From: Basidiobolus meristosporus CBS 931.73
Taxonomy: Eukaryota; Fungi; Basidiobolomycota
Direction of reading: 5' to 3'
DNA: 64,000 nt
NCBI GenBank assembly: GCA_002104905.1
Contig: MCFE01000475.1
Span: 1-64,000 of the forward strand
The number at the start of each line of letters is the position of its first letter. The stretch's first letter is position 1. A program made the position numbers and the translations under genes. The notes beneath the pieces are model-generated. The model was not told the origin of the DNA, ran no database searches, and was given only the letters and a program-made list of their open reading frames with translations. Shown here piece by piece: positions 39,435-52,119 of the stretch.

Positions 39435-39943
39435 GATGAGGACATGAAATATGGCTGGAGGAAGAGCCAAATGAACCCTCGTCGTTCAATGTATTATGAT
39501 GAAGAGGGACTTTCTTTCTAATGTTCAGGCTAATATCCCAGCATTGCGCCGAACCTTGTAACCAACAGTATCAATAAAATCTCTTTCTCTAATAGGAAAC
39601 CTCAGTGATATATTGTCTTATGCGTACGGGTTCTGCTATTCTTGCTCCAGATCGTTTATTAACGTTGATGTACAAATCATGCTTACCAGTGTGGAATGGA
39701 ATTGAACTGGAATAGGTTAGCGAAGACCAATACAATCATTTAAAATAATCAATAGCAGCGACCAATCAGATGCGTATATCAGATGGACTCGGGAATGGTC
39801 AAGCTCATCAAAATCGAATTAGACAACGGTAGTGGGGATAAAATTTGGAATGTTACAGGCCGGGAACAATTACACGGAAGTCAACGGGGGAAAATACAAC
39901 AAAAACCTATCAAGAATGGGAGGAGAGGGGAGTCGACGACCTT

Positions 39944-41995
39944 CTAACAGGGGAATTTCTCTTTCATGGAGAGTGGGTGTTTGGCGGTGAACGAATAGCC
40001 AGAAAAACAGTCTTGTACACTGGAACTCAAGTGATGTTTAGGTGGGGAAAGACGCGGTGTCATCTCCAAGAAGGTTTCGTCGAAGTTTGATAGATCTTGC
40101 TCGTCACTTAGCGGTGGTATATAAGGGCTATCTATCTGCTTGCTGTAGAGTTGATCCCAGTCAATGCCCTTGAAGTAAGGATGCGATTTCACATCTTCAG
40201 CACCATTAGCACCGCTTCCAAGTCTGTTTGCAGGATTCCTCTCCAAAAGCTGACAATATACCAGTTAAAAACGGCGGGGAATAAACTACTGCATTGACTG
40301 GTAAACTTACCCCAGCGATGAAGCTCATAGTATTTTCATCCAGATCCAAATCATCCGGGAATTCGAGTTCGTCTTGAAGCACTCGATGATACATGTGCGC
40401 GTGGTTTTCCGCCCAGAACGGTGTCTATAAGGGTGATGCGTAAGCAACACTTCTCACTGACATAACTTACGGAAAACCTACTATTCCGGTGAGCATTTCG
40501 TAGAGTAAAGTTCCCAAGCTCCACCAGTCGACTGCGAATCCGTAGTCCTCGGCCCTTAATACCTCAGGTGCAAGATACTCCGCAGTACCACAAAAGGTAT
40601 TAGTGGTCGGGGCGTTAAAGTGGAAACTGCTGTCAGAGATTTGCTTAGAGAGACCAAAGTCCGTGAGAACAATGTGACCGTCGTTGGCGATCAAGATATT
40701 CTCTGGTTTCAAGTCCCTTCGATTCGGATTTAGATAGTGGCCAGCCAAGACATCAGACAAACATAACACATACCTATACACAATACCAAGACGATGCAGC
40801 TCCTGGATCCCTAGGACAATCTCCGCCGCATAGAACTGGCATCTTTCCGGAGAGAAGGAGTGCCATTTGGCCAACTGGGTGGCAATATCACCGCCTGGAT
40901 AGTAATCGAGAACCAAGAAAAGCTGGGATTTGGTTTGGAACGAGTGGTGGAGACGGATCAAGAAAGGATGTTGCACCGAGGTGACGGTGGCGAGGATGTT
41001 CCGCTCAGAGTTGGTGTGCTCGATCTCCCGGTGAAGAATCACCCATTCCTTGGAGATTGCCTTCAGTGCCATGAGCTTGCCACTTTTGTACTCTTTAACC
41101 AGTAGCACCTTTTGGATTGGGGTCATTGAAGTTAATCTTCGAGCCAGGCATGGACCATGTGAACGTATCTAGTAAACCAACCTTTCCCATGCATCCTTTC
41201 CCAATCACTTTGATCAGGTGGAAATCCTCCAAGGTGATCTTGTTCCCAACACTGGACGCTGGAGTCTTGGGTAGATTTTCCTCAGAGGAGCTTTCAGAAG
41301 GCGCGCTAAGTTCCTTTTTATGCTTGCTGTCTCCGTCATGATGTAAGGTAACAAAATCCTTGAAAATGATCGAAGCCCGCAGTCTAGGATCGCTGACCAC
41401 CTTCTTTAGGTATTCATCGACTTTGCCGACGTTGGATTTCTTGATTATGTACTGTCGAGAGATAATGTTCTTCCGTTCGTCCAACGGTGGTAACGGGGGT
41501 CGATTCTTCGGGAAATTCTGCTTGATCTGAGGAAAATTCCCCGGATGGATGAGTTAGTCCAGTTTAGTATATTGGCAAGGTGGGGGGGGGGAGTGAGCAA
41601 TATGCGCACCTTTTGGTCAAAGTCAATGAAATCTTGCGAATATCTGGTGAGCTTTACAATCTGGCTACGGTCTTCGTAGAATACCGCGAAGCCCTAAGGA
41701 CAGTTAGGTTTAGGGTGGTATGAGGGCTGAACTATCACGACTGTACCATGCCGAGTTTGGTTAGCTTCATCGATTTGGGTGGGGCTTCTTCTACAGTAAC
41801 CGTAGGGGCTGCCAGGTCGTTTGCTGACGCATTGGTCAAGGTGATGCTGGTAGATTTTGCTGAGCTTTTGGACAATGAGGATGGAGGTATCATACTGTTG
41901 AGCGATTTTGAATAAAGAGGCGCGCTTGGAAGTGAAATGGAATTCGATAATTTAGCAGCCGGAGACGCTATTCTATAACCTAGGGTATTGAGCAA
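39944..41995 (-). CDS. PX-domain AGC Ser/Thr kinase (SGK/CISK-like architecture), multi-exon; exact start uncertain
   Basis: PX-like segment (QDFIDFDQK..FPKNRPPLPPL..DEYLKKVV..FKDF), VIGKGCMGKV, ALKAISK, YRDLKPEN, TDFGLSK, TFCGTAEYLAPE, DWWSLG, NFDETF, hydrophobic motif FSGYSF. Confidence 0.92.
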
Positions 41996-43701
41996 AAGAT
42001 AGAGGAACTGTATGGAATAGACTGAAGCTAGAAATCAAGATAGAAAAATGGACAGCAAAGAGGGTAAAATAAGCGAAGAGGAATGGAAAGGGAAAGGGAA
42101 AGGGTGAAAGAGAATGTCAGGATAAGATCCTAAGCATTTGTTTGCCTATTATTGAGACAACTACACTCATTCCCAATAATTCATGAATATCTCTGCTCAA
42201 CATCTACTCAAAACCATCTAATACTTCTCATGTAACCATGGAGTAATACAAAATTTATGCTCAACCCAATCGATTTTCCCCTCCTACTACATTACAACCC
42301 CGATTCAGTCCAGCCCTGTGAGCAAACGCAATGGAAATGCTGCAACCACGCAGATTCGTAGAAGCTGTGCGTTGAAAGCACTTGATCTGCAAATGAAGCC
42401 TGCTCTCTCGTACGGCCACTGATTGGCCTAGTGACTTTCATATGAAGGTGTTTGTGTTCTTGAGCAATGTATGCTTGCCTAAATTAAACATTGTGTTAAT
42501 GTGGTGTAGTTTGCATGTTTTTAATCACCATCTCGAATCTTGGTTTAGATAAACTCCGTTGATCAGCTTCAATCTCGTCCAAAAGCAATGTATTCTTGTT
42601 GGGCACATAGCCCTGATCACGGAAGTGTTTGTGAGAAACAAAGGGTTAGCTGGCTGGTGATGATTCCAAGAAAGCCTACTTAAGAGCTAACAATCCCCAA
42701 TGTGAGATCAACACCAACAGAATTGATCAGAAGAGAAGTTCGAGCTTTCGTCTCAGTAATCCTATCAAGAACAGACATGATGGTCATACTCTGCTAAAAA
42801 GGAATCATGCAGCATTACCCTTGTAATTGTTATGTTCTTGCGGATCCATAAATAACTGATGCTTCTAACAATGGTATATATACTTCGATACAGAGCGGAT
42901 GCTGGTAACAAAGGAGAGCAATTTGGTAGATATTTTCCCACTTCTGTGCATTCGGATCCTTATCTGGTTGATGCTTCAGAACATTGGAAAAGATCATTAC
43001 AAAGGTTATTGGAACTAGCCCAACTAACACCCGTTCTTAGTAATATGTCATGGGAGCAGTGAGGTACAAGATAATGAATAGACAGCGTCATACTGTCAGT
43101 CATCCGCAGCAGTGCTAGGTCTAGAAATGAAGAGAAGAGGAGGCTTATCCAATGGGTTGAATGCTGTTTATCGGTGGGAGATAAGTTTGCTCTTCCATCA
43201 CACCATATAGCAGTCACAACTTAGATCAATTCGCTAGCTGGGCCGAAGATTCGCAACATCAACATAATGGATACACAAGCATGGTAGCAGCCGTCACGGA
43301 CCAAGTAGTGTGAGTGAATTTCATTGGAGCTGCGTTCTCATCTGATTTTCCGCAGCAGGATTAACTGAACATTCACGTCACATGCCACCATGGCTTGTAG
43401 TTGGTGGATCGGGTGGTACAACCCCTGAGCAGTAGAGGACTGAAGAAACACTTGCCTTTCTGCCCAATAAGATGGTTCAATTTCTCGGTAGTTTTCACCC
43501 ATCAATTAACAGGCCTGGGTTTGTTGCGGTGCTATTGCAAACGTCGAGGAGCAAAGAAAATGCTTCCCAATGGCAGCCAAAACGTCCCTCGGCTGGATCA
43601 GGCGGATTTTCCCATGTGAGATAACATGAGTCACTCCAGATTGTTCAATATATATAATGATTATTCGTTCTCTTTGTCGTCATATCTCCTTCTAGGTAAG
43701 T

Positions 43702-44466
43702 ATGGTCGGTGTAGAGATGAAAACGTACGCTATGATGCGTAGCCAGATCGTCGAATGGGAAACGTTCGCCGCGGAGGTGCCCAAAAAGTCTGCAACGTTG
43801 TCTTTCCTTCAAGTACTAACCACGGGTTTCCGTTTTGGTAGAACGCCTGGGCAAAGGAGACAGCAGAAAGAGAGGCCTGGAACTATAGCGATCTACCTGG
43901 GAACTGTGTTGCCGTGTACTATGTAGTGGACAATGTTGCGAAGGTACCCCGTGCAGGAATTTGGGATCAATCCGGTTAATTAACCCAGCGAAATGTAGGC
44001 GATCACCAACAAGCTGCATGTGGTAACATGGTCCTCGGAGTATAAGCGGGAATTCAAGGAATTAAACTTGTTGTGGGTAAAGGGATTGTTCGAGGTGGAG
44101 GAGAGCGATGTCAAACAGCTGGATTATCCCGAGGAGAATATTTTGAAGACTGGTGGCCAGATATTCTTCCTTCTGGAAGGTAAAAAGGTGGCAGGAACCG
44201 TGGCAACCATTGTCCATGATGGTCAATGCGAGCTAGGGAAGATGACAGTAGCTGACGAATATCAAGGCAGAGGATACGCTCATCCACTTATGCAGGAAGC
44301 CATCAGCTGGGCCAAAAGGGAAGGCTATCCCAACATAATCCTGTTGACAGCCTTGAAGTTAATCAAGGCGGTCGCGCTCTACAAAAAGCACGGCTTCGAA
44401 ACCATTCATCTTGGCAAGCACCCCCATTACGAGAGATGTGATATCATCATGCAACTGACTTTCTAG
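43702..44466 (+). CDS. GNAT N-acetyltransferase of bacterial type with a 2-intron N-terminal extension
   Basis: FKELNLLW..LDYPEENIL..GGQIFF..ELGKMTV..YQGRGYA..AVALYKKHGF..YERCDIIM. ATG 43702 and two GT-AG introns splice in frame into ORF 44020-44466. Confidence 0.9.
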
Positions 44467-45323
44467 AACCACATCATACCTATATTCAACCCATCCGTCA
44501 ATATCGCACTCTTAAGGGGACTTATATCTAAAGAAGCTTATATGTAATCCACAGTCTTATGTACCTCAATATAGATTTGTCAATTTTCCACTTGCTAGTT
44601 CTTGAAATCATTTGTTATTCCTGAAGCGGTAAAATAGATTTGATTTCCACCACCTCTTACAGGAATCATGGTTGTGTATGACAGAGACAGGTTCTATACC
44701 ATATTCTTTTTCATCATCACACCAGGAGTTCACAGTTCACCTGATTCCATCGAGGTAGCTTGCAATTTCCAATGGCATAGCAAGTGTGGCCAAGAATCTA
44801 TGGTTGGCTTTGCACCTAGAACTAGCATTCGACAGTATAGTCTATGAGTATCCCATCTTGCTGAGAATTTGTTATACTGTGCCTCGCAGCTGTCGTCCAA
44901 TGTGAACAACCCACCAGTCGAACATCGGCAATATGACCAACTATTGAAACCTACACGCTCAGCCACGTGGAGGAGATTCGGGACAATGGTAGCACCTTTT
45001 CGATTTCCCACAACCTTATCGGAGATGAACCACCGTAAGACTTCCAGCAGAAGGGTGAAACCAAATGTATCAATTTGCGTGGGGTGAATCAACCTGGGTG
45101 ATTGTGGAGACAATGCGAGGGCAGAATGTGTCTGCAAGAAGCGTTTGCTTTATCGATGGTTCCCACGGGGGATGATACTTCCAACGGTTAGATTATATTC
45201 CATGATGTTCTCCAGGCGACCCCTGAACCAGCATTAATAATTCAAAAATTCATTCGAAGAGTCGAGAAGCATTCCCATGCCCAACAATGTGATTGAATCT
45301 CACTCACAAATCGCTCCAGCTTC

Positions 45324-45578
45324 GTGGAGATTGGGGAATGTGAGATAGCAAAGATGACGGTCGCTGAAGAGTACCAAGGCCGAGGGTTTGCTCATTCGCT
45401 TGCGCAAGAGGCCATAGGCTGGACAAAAAGAGAAGGTTTCGCGAATGTCATACTACTTCCCAACCAGAAACTGGTCAAGGCAATCTCACTTTACAAAAAA
45501 TACGGCTTCGAGACTATTCGTCTGGGCACATATCCGGGTTACGTGCGCCGTGATATTATTATGAAGCTGAGCCTCTAA
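45324..45578 (+). pseudogene. Partial duplicate of the GNAT gene (C-terminal half)
   Basis: CEIAKMTVAEEYQGRGFAH..KLVKAISLYKKYGFETI..DIIMKLSL aligns with the 3' half of 44020-44466. No N-terminal half is visible upstream. Confidence 0.85.
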
Positions 45579-45974
45579 GGAATCTAAAGGAGCCATTGGT
45601 ATGGCTCTAATAAATCTATTCAAGTATCAAGATGCATGTGGTTATATGCTGATCTGGGGTTGTAGACAGCACTATGCAAGATTGACTAGCCCCTTTATTT
45701 TGTACACTAGAAACCAGATATGTCAAGATCAATAATGGTAATTCAGAGTGGTCCATCATAAAATATTCCCTTGCATTTGATGCTGGCTACTAAGGAGATA
45801 GTGAGGGTGAACCATGTTTCCTAAAAGACCTCTTTGCCAGAGCAGATGACATCAGGAGCGTTGTCATATATCTGGCCACACTGAAGGAGTCAACCAATAC
45901 CTTACGCATTATGCACCACTTTGGCTTCAAGAAAAGGTTTGAAGTGGATTCTTCTCATCAACATGGGTGAAACA

Positions 45975-46400
45975 TGTTGTAAAAATTTGTAATTCCACCT
46001 AAACATTCACCCAACTTAGTCCCTTAGCTCATTACCTACAAATCTTGGAGTATACTGACCAAATTCCTTGTTGGGATTTACTTGGAATACTTTCACCAAA
46101 CATCAGGTACCCAGTGTTGCATTATTCTGAGGAGTATTGGAACCAATATGGAGAACTAGAGGATTTACATGTTAATCATTTGTAGATTTATTGATCAAAA
46201 GTAAGTTATCTGATACTTTTGATAAAGTAGGGCAAAAAGCATGTAGAGTCTGTTAAGAAAGGTCCCATTGATTCTGGGTGCAAAGTTTGAGGTTGCTTGG
46301 ACAACCCTTGAGAAAGGTCATAGTCAGGATACCTGATAATTTAGCAATAATAATCCAAGTATATCCCAACAAGAAATTTGGTCAGGACAGAATGCAAATT
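45975..46400. repeat. Two copia LTR fragments in opposite orientations
   Basis: Forward 5' half at 45975-46113 (TGTTGTAAAAATTTG...CAGGTACCCAG) and an inverted central fragment at about 46270-46400. Confidence 0.8.
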
Positions 46401-46402
46401 GT

Positions 46403-47850
46403 GTTGTGAAAACTTGTAATTCCTCCTAGATATTCACCTAACTTAGTCACTTGGTCATTACCTTCTAATCCTAGGGAATACTGACCAAATTCCTTGTTGG
46501 GATTTACTTTGAGAATTTTCATGTTCTGGGTACCTGGTATTTTGGGGAAAATATTCTAAGTTGTCCAAACAGCCCCAAACTTTGAACACATATTCTTGGA
46601 GACTTTCTTAACCTATCCTATGTGTGTGATGCCAAGACTATGTAAAGTATAAATACCACTTTTACATTCAATAAATCATCAAGTAAAAACCACATAATCT
46701 ACTTGTTCTCACAGTTGCTTCCAATATCTCCAAGACTCTTACAACAGGCTATGAGCCCCAAGCTGTCACTCTCTGCAATGTCCACTACCGCTATTCCTGG
46801 AATTTTTCCCTCTGCTGGAAAGTTGGATGGATCTAACTACCAAGTGTGGAAGGTGAACACAAAGATGCTGCTACAAGAAAGAGGCCTTTGGGATATTGTC
46901 ATGGTAGTAGAATGCCCTCCTAAAAGGATGGGAGAGGAAGTCTCAAAGTACCAGAAAAAGAACAAAGTGCCTTTGACTGCATATGCCTTAATCTCAAAGA
47001 CAAATTGCTAATTCAATGCTCAACAGCAAAAACGGCAAAAAATGCCTGGAAGGCATTAGAAGCCACCTACCAGTCATGTGCAGCTGGTAAGAAAATGTAT
47101 TGAAGACAAAAATTCCTTACCACAAAGATGCTGCCAAGAGAAGAAATGAAAAATCTAATTAACAGAATAACCCTAATGGTGGATGAGATGGAATCTGAGG
47201 GCATACAAACTACTGATGAGGATGTGATAGTTACCATTCTGAATAGCCTGACAGACAAGCTTCTGGGCCTTGTTACAGCCCTAGAGTCCAGAACTGAGGA
47301 TCTGACCTTAAATTATGTATATGGAAGGCTCCTGGATGAAGAATTAAGAAAATCAAGTGCCAATAAGTAGGAAGAAGAAAATGCTTTAATAAGCAATGAT
47401 AACCAACAAAGGAGATACCCAAGACCTTTTAAAGGGAACAGCAACCTGTTTTGTAACTACTGCAAAGGAAAGGACATACATCAGACTGGTGCTTTAAAAA
47501 GAGAGATAGTCAGCAGAAAAAGCCTGAATATGGAAATGCTGCAACAGCTGATGATAAACTATTCATATCTGCACTTAATATGTCCACAAATAAGGATTCT
47601 GAGACATGGTACATTGACTCTGGAGCATCTCAACACTTTACATACCAAAAAGAACTTTTTACCCAATATCAAGAAACTCCAATCAAGGAGGTTTTCATGG
47701 GAGACAATAGAACACTTGATGCTGCAGGAGAAGGAACTATCCAAGTAAACCTTAGCAGCAGTGAAGGAAGCCAATTGCTGACCTTTAAAGAAGTACTCTA
47801 TCTAACAGAAATAGCCAAGAGCCTACTATCTGTAAGCAAGGCCACTCCAG
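46403..47850 (+). mobile_element. Truncated copia relic (5' LTR, PBS, gag-protease)
   Basis: LTR 46403-46746, PBS GGCTATGAGCCC, gag/PR homologous to 10524-11620 with stops and frameshifts. Breaks off at about 47850; no 3' LTR. Confidence 0.95.
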
Positions 47851-47944
47851 CCCAGATCAGCTGCCAGAAACCTGCAATGAGTCTGTCATAATGTTGGCAG
47901 CTTGGAGTTATTGGCCCTCTACATAAACTTATGACAAGATTGTG

Positions 47945-48530
47945 AGAGCATTTTCTGATTTCACTGCCACAATAAGGCTAAACACTTGACTGTGTTTTAG
48001 AGGTCTTTTGAGAAGAATTGCATGATATTCTAATGGTTGTGATGCTCTATACATATATTTGAGTAGACCTAGCCAGTCAATACATCCAATTGTCTTATTT
48101 GGCAAGAAACTTGATTGTGTTCTGATGACCTCATTGCAAACCTCTGTTAGCATTATTATGGAAGTGTGGCAGCCTACAGCCGGCTCATACAATGTCACTG
48201 TATGTACACAACTCCTAATTAACCACTTATACAACTATAAGATGGGATTGAGTGGTGTTTAGCTGATTTAACTGCCAAATAAAGTTAAAACTTAACAGTG
48301 TTTAAGCAGTCTTTTGACAAGAGCTGCATGGCATTGTCATAATCTTCATGTGCTACCTTTACAAAGTGGATCTAACCAGCCAAAGCATACAATTGCCTTC
48401 TATAGCAAGAAACTTGACAGTTTTCTAAAGGCCTCATTGTAAGCCTTCAATACCATCATAATGGCAGTACAGTAGCCTACAGCTAGTTCAGAATAGTTCC
48501 ACTGTACCAATTTACCAAATGTTATTTCCT
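47945..48530 (+). repeat. Degenerate tandem duplication of about 300 bp
   Basis: 47945-48235 and 48255-48530 share CTGATTT.ACTGCC, GTCTTTTGA.AAGA..TGCATG, GCAAGAAACTTGA, CCTCATTG and GCCTACAGC in the same order. Confidence 0.65.
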
Positions 48531-48689
48531 TTTTCTGCCTCCCCTTGCTCCATTCTTATTACCACCTTAGAATCACCCCTCTTAATTTGCTTACACACTA
48601 GACTTGTTCCATTGTACCATACCAGGGTGTGGGCAAAATCCTCAGTTGTTAATAATGAATGGGTGCAATACTGTAGCTACCAGTAGGCA

Positions 48690-49760
48690 GAAATGCCCCA
48701 ATGAGAAATTATTGTAATGGTCCTCTCAAAAGACCATCACAAACTCTAAGTCCTGTGACTAAGAGATATTGGTTCCATCAGGATACCATGCAAAGACTGC
48801 CAAAAAAAATTTGCTCCCCAGATATCATAAAAACTTGGTGAAAATTCTTCATCACAACAATACAAAAGTGGATATTGATTGGTTCTCTGACAATTTTCTC
48901 ACTCTACAATCCCAGAAACTCTATCACCTCCTGCATTTGTGTGCATTGATTGGCTATTGCCTCTTTTTCACACTCCTTACTACTTGACTCACCATTTCTC
49001 TTACTTTTCATGCCTACAAGTTGATTTATTTCTGTTGAAACTTCTGTTGTACCTTAGTTGCTACTTGTATTGACCTACACAAGTCCCTATACCCTACATT
49101 AACATTAAGCCCAACCCCACACTCAGCAAGTAACTCCATTAAAATCACCACTCAATAAGTATTTCTGCTGTAACACTCTGGTTCCACAGCTTTGGCAGGA
49201 ACCCAATGGCTTTATGCCAATGTGCATTCACTGGTTCCCATACATACTGGTCTTCAGCCAGCACTGCAAGGTCTAGCACCTCATCTGTCAGTCTTTGCAA
49301 TACATCCTTCAAATATTCTAGTGTGTTTTCTTGAGCACTGCTCTTGGAGAGGTGCTGCAACCTCTTTAGGTGCCTATTAATGTTCCAAAATTCCACTGAA
49401 GGCATTGTGATAGTCTTTTGAGCTCTGGACATTGTAGCCCTGTCTGTCAGTGGGATCTCCACTCTGCCAACAATGGAGGATGTGGAGGCTGTGGTAGACA
49501 AATTGCCTTTTTCAGCAAACTCATCTACCTTGCTTGATTGTAGCTCAACTGGCTGTGCTTCCAACTCTTGTGAAAACAGATGGTATCTTGTTGGTAATTC
49601 TTCTTGGCTATGATGCAATTCAGTCTGTTCTGGGCTTGACAAGAGAAGTCAATGATAGATCTGTTTGAGCTCTTGCCAAAAGACTTTACTATGGCCCAGG
49701 TGACTATGATGAGCCTTCATAGAGCTATTTGGGCACTACTCATTAATCTAGCAGAACTAG
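48690..49760 (-). mobile_element. Unassigned repeat, ORF-X copy 1
   Basis: ORF 49145-49642 and its 3' flank are homologous to 51385-52119 plus 52922-53620. Confidence 0.7.
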
Positions 49761-49828
49761 ATACCTCAGAGAGCTGACAAAGAGGGAAGAACCTGAGTAG
49801 AAAGCGGTAGCATGAATTCTACATCAAG

Positions 49829-50915
49829 ATGCTGGTGGATGTATGTAAGAAGATATATAACAAGAGGAGCATTGATATCAATAATGAGCTGAGAGTGAGG
49901 GGATTTGATGAGGGCGCCATGCAGGAACAATTTTGCACACAATTTGCACAGTACAAGCTGGACGTGTCCATTTGTGCCTCAACTTTGGGAACCAATGAGA
50001 TTTTGAATCAGCTTTTGCCTCAAATTACCAATGTACTATGTGATATATTAGTAGAGCTAAGTGGCTTCCAAGTGCAATATACACAGGATTCATTCAGGCA
50101 AAAGTTCCATAGAATCAGACAGAGGGTAAGTGAATACCTTGAGGAATCAGAAGGTGAGATTCAAGAGGCAGAATACAGGCTGCAAGCAACAGCATCTAAA
50201 TTGCCCCAGCACACCTTGCTGGATTCCTTACCATCCCTTGCAGCTTCAGCATGCAGGCTCACATCAGTCCAAACTATGCCAACCCCCTTCACAAGAGCAC
50301 CCCGCATTGAGTTAACTCATGTTAGGTCAACATGCATGGTTCAGAGTAAAACCTCCGGCCCTTGCTAGACTGCTCACTTAGACACAAGTCCATTGGAGTA
50401 GGCTGAGTCACATCATCAAGCAGCATCACATCAAACTCAGCCAAGAGCCATGCCTGCACATCAAGTCACACCTGTGTGGGCCACTACACCTGACCATCAG
50501 CAAGTTTCTTGTGGTGAACTGACTGATGATGACCCACATGAAGCGCCTCTGCCACCAGAGCCTTTGGCAAGTAAAAGAATGCACCAGTACATAGCACTGA
50601 AGGCCAGTTCATTAGCATCATCCAGAGCAATTAAGTGCAGCTAAGCTGAAGCATTGCACTCATCAACTAGGAGGCAAAATACTGACTACAAATACACAAG
50701 TAGCCAAGAGAATAGTCAACAAGAAAGTAGCTTAGGTATGAAAAGTGAATCACTACCAAATGCTTCAGTAGTAGTCCCTGTGAGAAAAAAACTCAGAAGA
50801 TGATGCAATTACATTAAATCATTATTATATGTCATGAGCCAAACTACACATTTTTTTTGCAATCCAAATTGAGCCATTGCAAATCAGTGATCATTATATT
50901 TTTGATATAAGCAAT
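49829..50915 (+). mobile_element. Unassigned repeat, ORF-Y (divergent from ORF-X)
   Basis: ORFs 49829-50368 and 50450-50644. The segment 50262-50915 recurs inverted at 62337-63000. Confidence 0.7.
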
Positions 50916-52119
50916 ATGAGGTTGTTTCTCAGTTGAGACAGAACCCCAATATATAAACACCCTGCATATATATACATTGTCTGTAACACCAGTGCAGCCA
51001 TATGATCTGTTTTGCACCTATCCAATTGGCTGTGTGCTAGCTATGACACCTTGTCCAATCACTAGCATCAGCAACTTATTTGCTCAATGGGCAAAATGGA
51101 ATATTTGATGGTGAGTCAGGTAGCTTGAATTGGTCAAAGAGCTAATTGGGGGCTGACAACTTCAGTATACTTTTGGACCAATCAACCACTGGGATACCAT
51201 CCAATTGGGGTGAATGTGACCAAAATGGCAAGTATCAGTGTAGTTTATAGTGTGATAGGCATTTATTTCCATTTGCATTAAAGAAACATACTCAAATACC
51301 AGCTTTTACCAACAGTAATAGTGGTATCCAATTGCACATGTGATGCAAACATAACAAGTTGGCGCAATTATCTGTGCCAACCTCTCCCTATGAGAAATTA
51401 TTGAGATGATCCCATCAGAAGGCCATCACAAAGCAAAAGTCCCATGACTAAGAGGTACTGATCTTGTTAGGACAGCATCCAGAGACTGCTGAAAAATAAT
51501 TGCACCCCAGATTTCACAAAAAACTTAGTCAAAATTTCTCATCACAACAATGAATAAGTGGCATTAGATTGGTTCCCTGCCAATTTGCTCACTTTTGGAT
51601 CCCAGACACTCTATTGCCTCCTATATTTATGTGAATGAATTGGCTATTGCCTCTTTTTCACACTCCTTACTTCCTGACTCAACTATTTGCTTACTTTCAT
51701 GCATACAAATTGATTTCTTGCCATTGAAACTTCAGTTGTACCTCAATTGCCAATTTTATTGACCTATACAAGCCTCTAGGCCCTACACTATCATCAAGCT
51801 CAACCTCACACTCAAAAAGTAACTCCATTAAAATTACCACTCAATTGGTATTTCTGCTGTAACACTCTGGTTCCACAACTTTGGCAGGAACCCAATGGCT
51901 TTATGCCACTGATCATTCACTGGTTTCCACATATCCTGGTCTTCAGCTGGCACTCCAAGGTATAGCTCCTCATCTGCCAGTCTTTGCAATAAATCCTTGC
52001 AATATTCCAGTCCACGTTTGAGAGCACTGCTCTTGAAGAAGTGCTGCAACCTCTTGGTGTGCCTATGAATGTTCCAAAACTCCACTAAAAAAAGGCATTG
52101 TGATAGTCTTTTGAACACT

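Noticed and set aside
38200-39489. Three additional long ORFs overlapping the repeat gene (two antisense, one alternative sense frame)
   Set aside because: They are explained by the stop-poor repeat composition. Variation is synonymous only in the 38280 frame.
42400-43260. Possible decayed membrane-protein gene on the minus strand
   Set aside because: Only short hydrophobic pieces between many stops; no family recognised.
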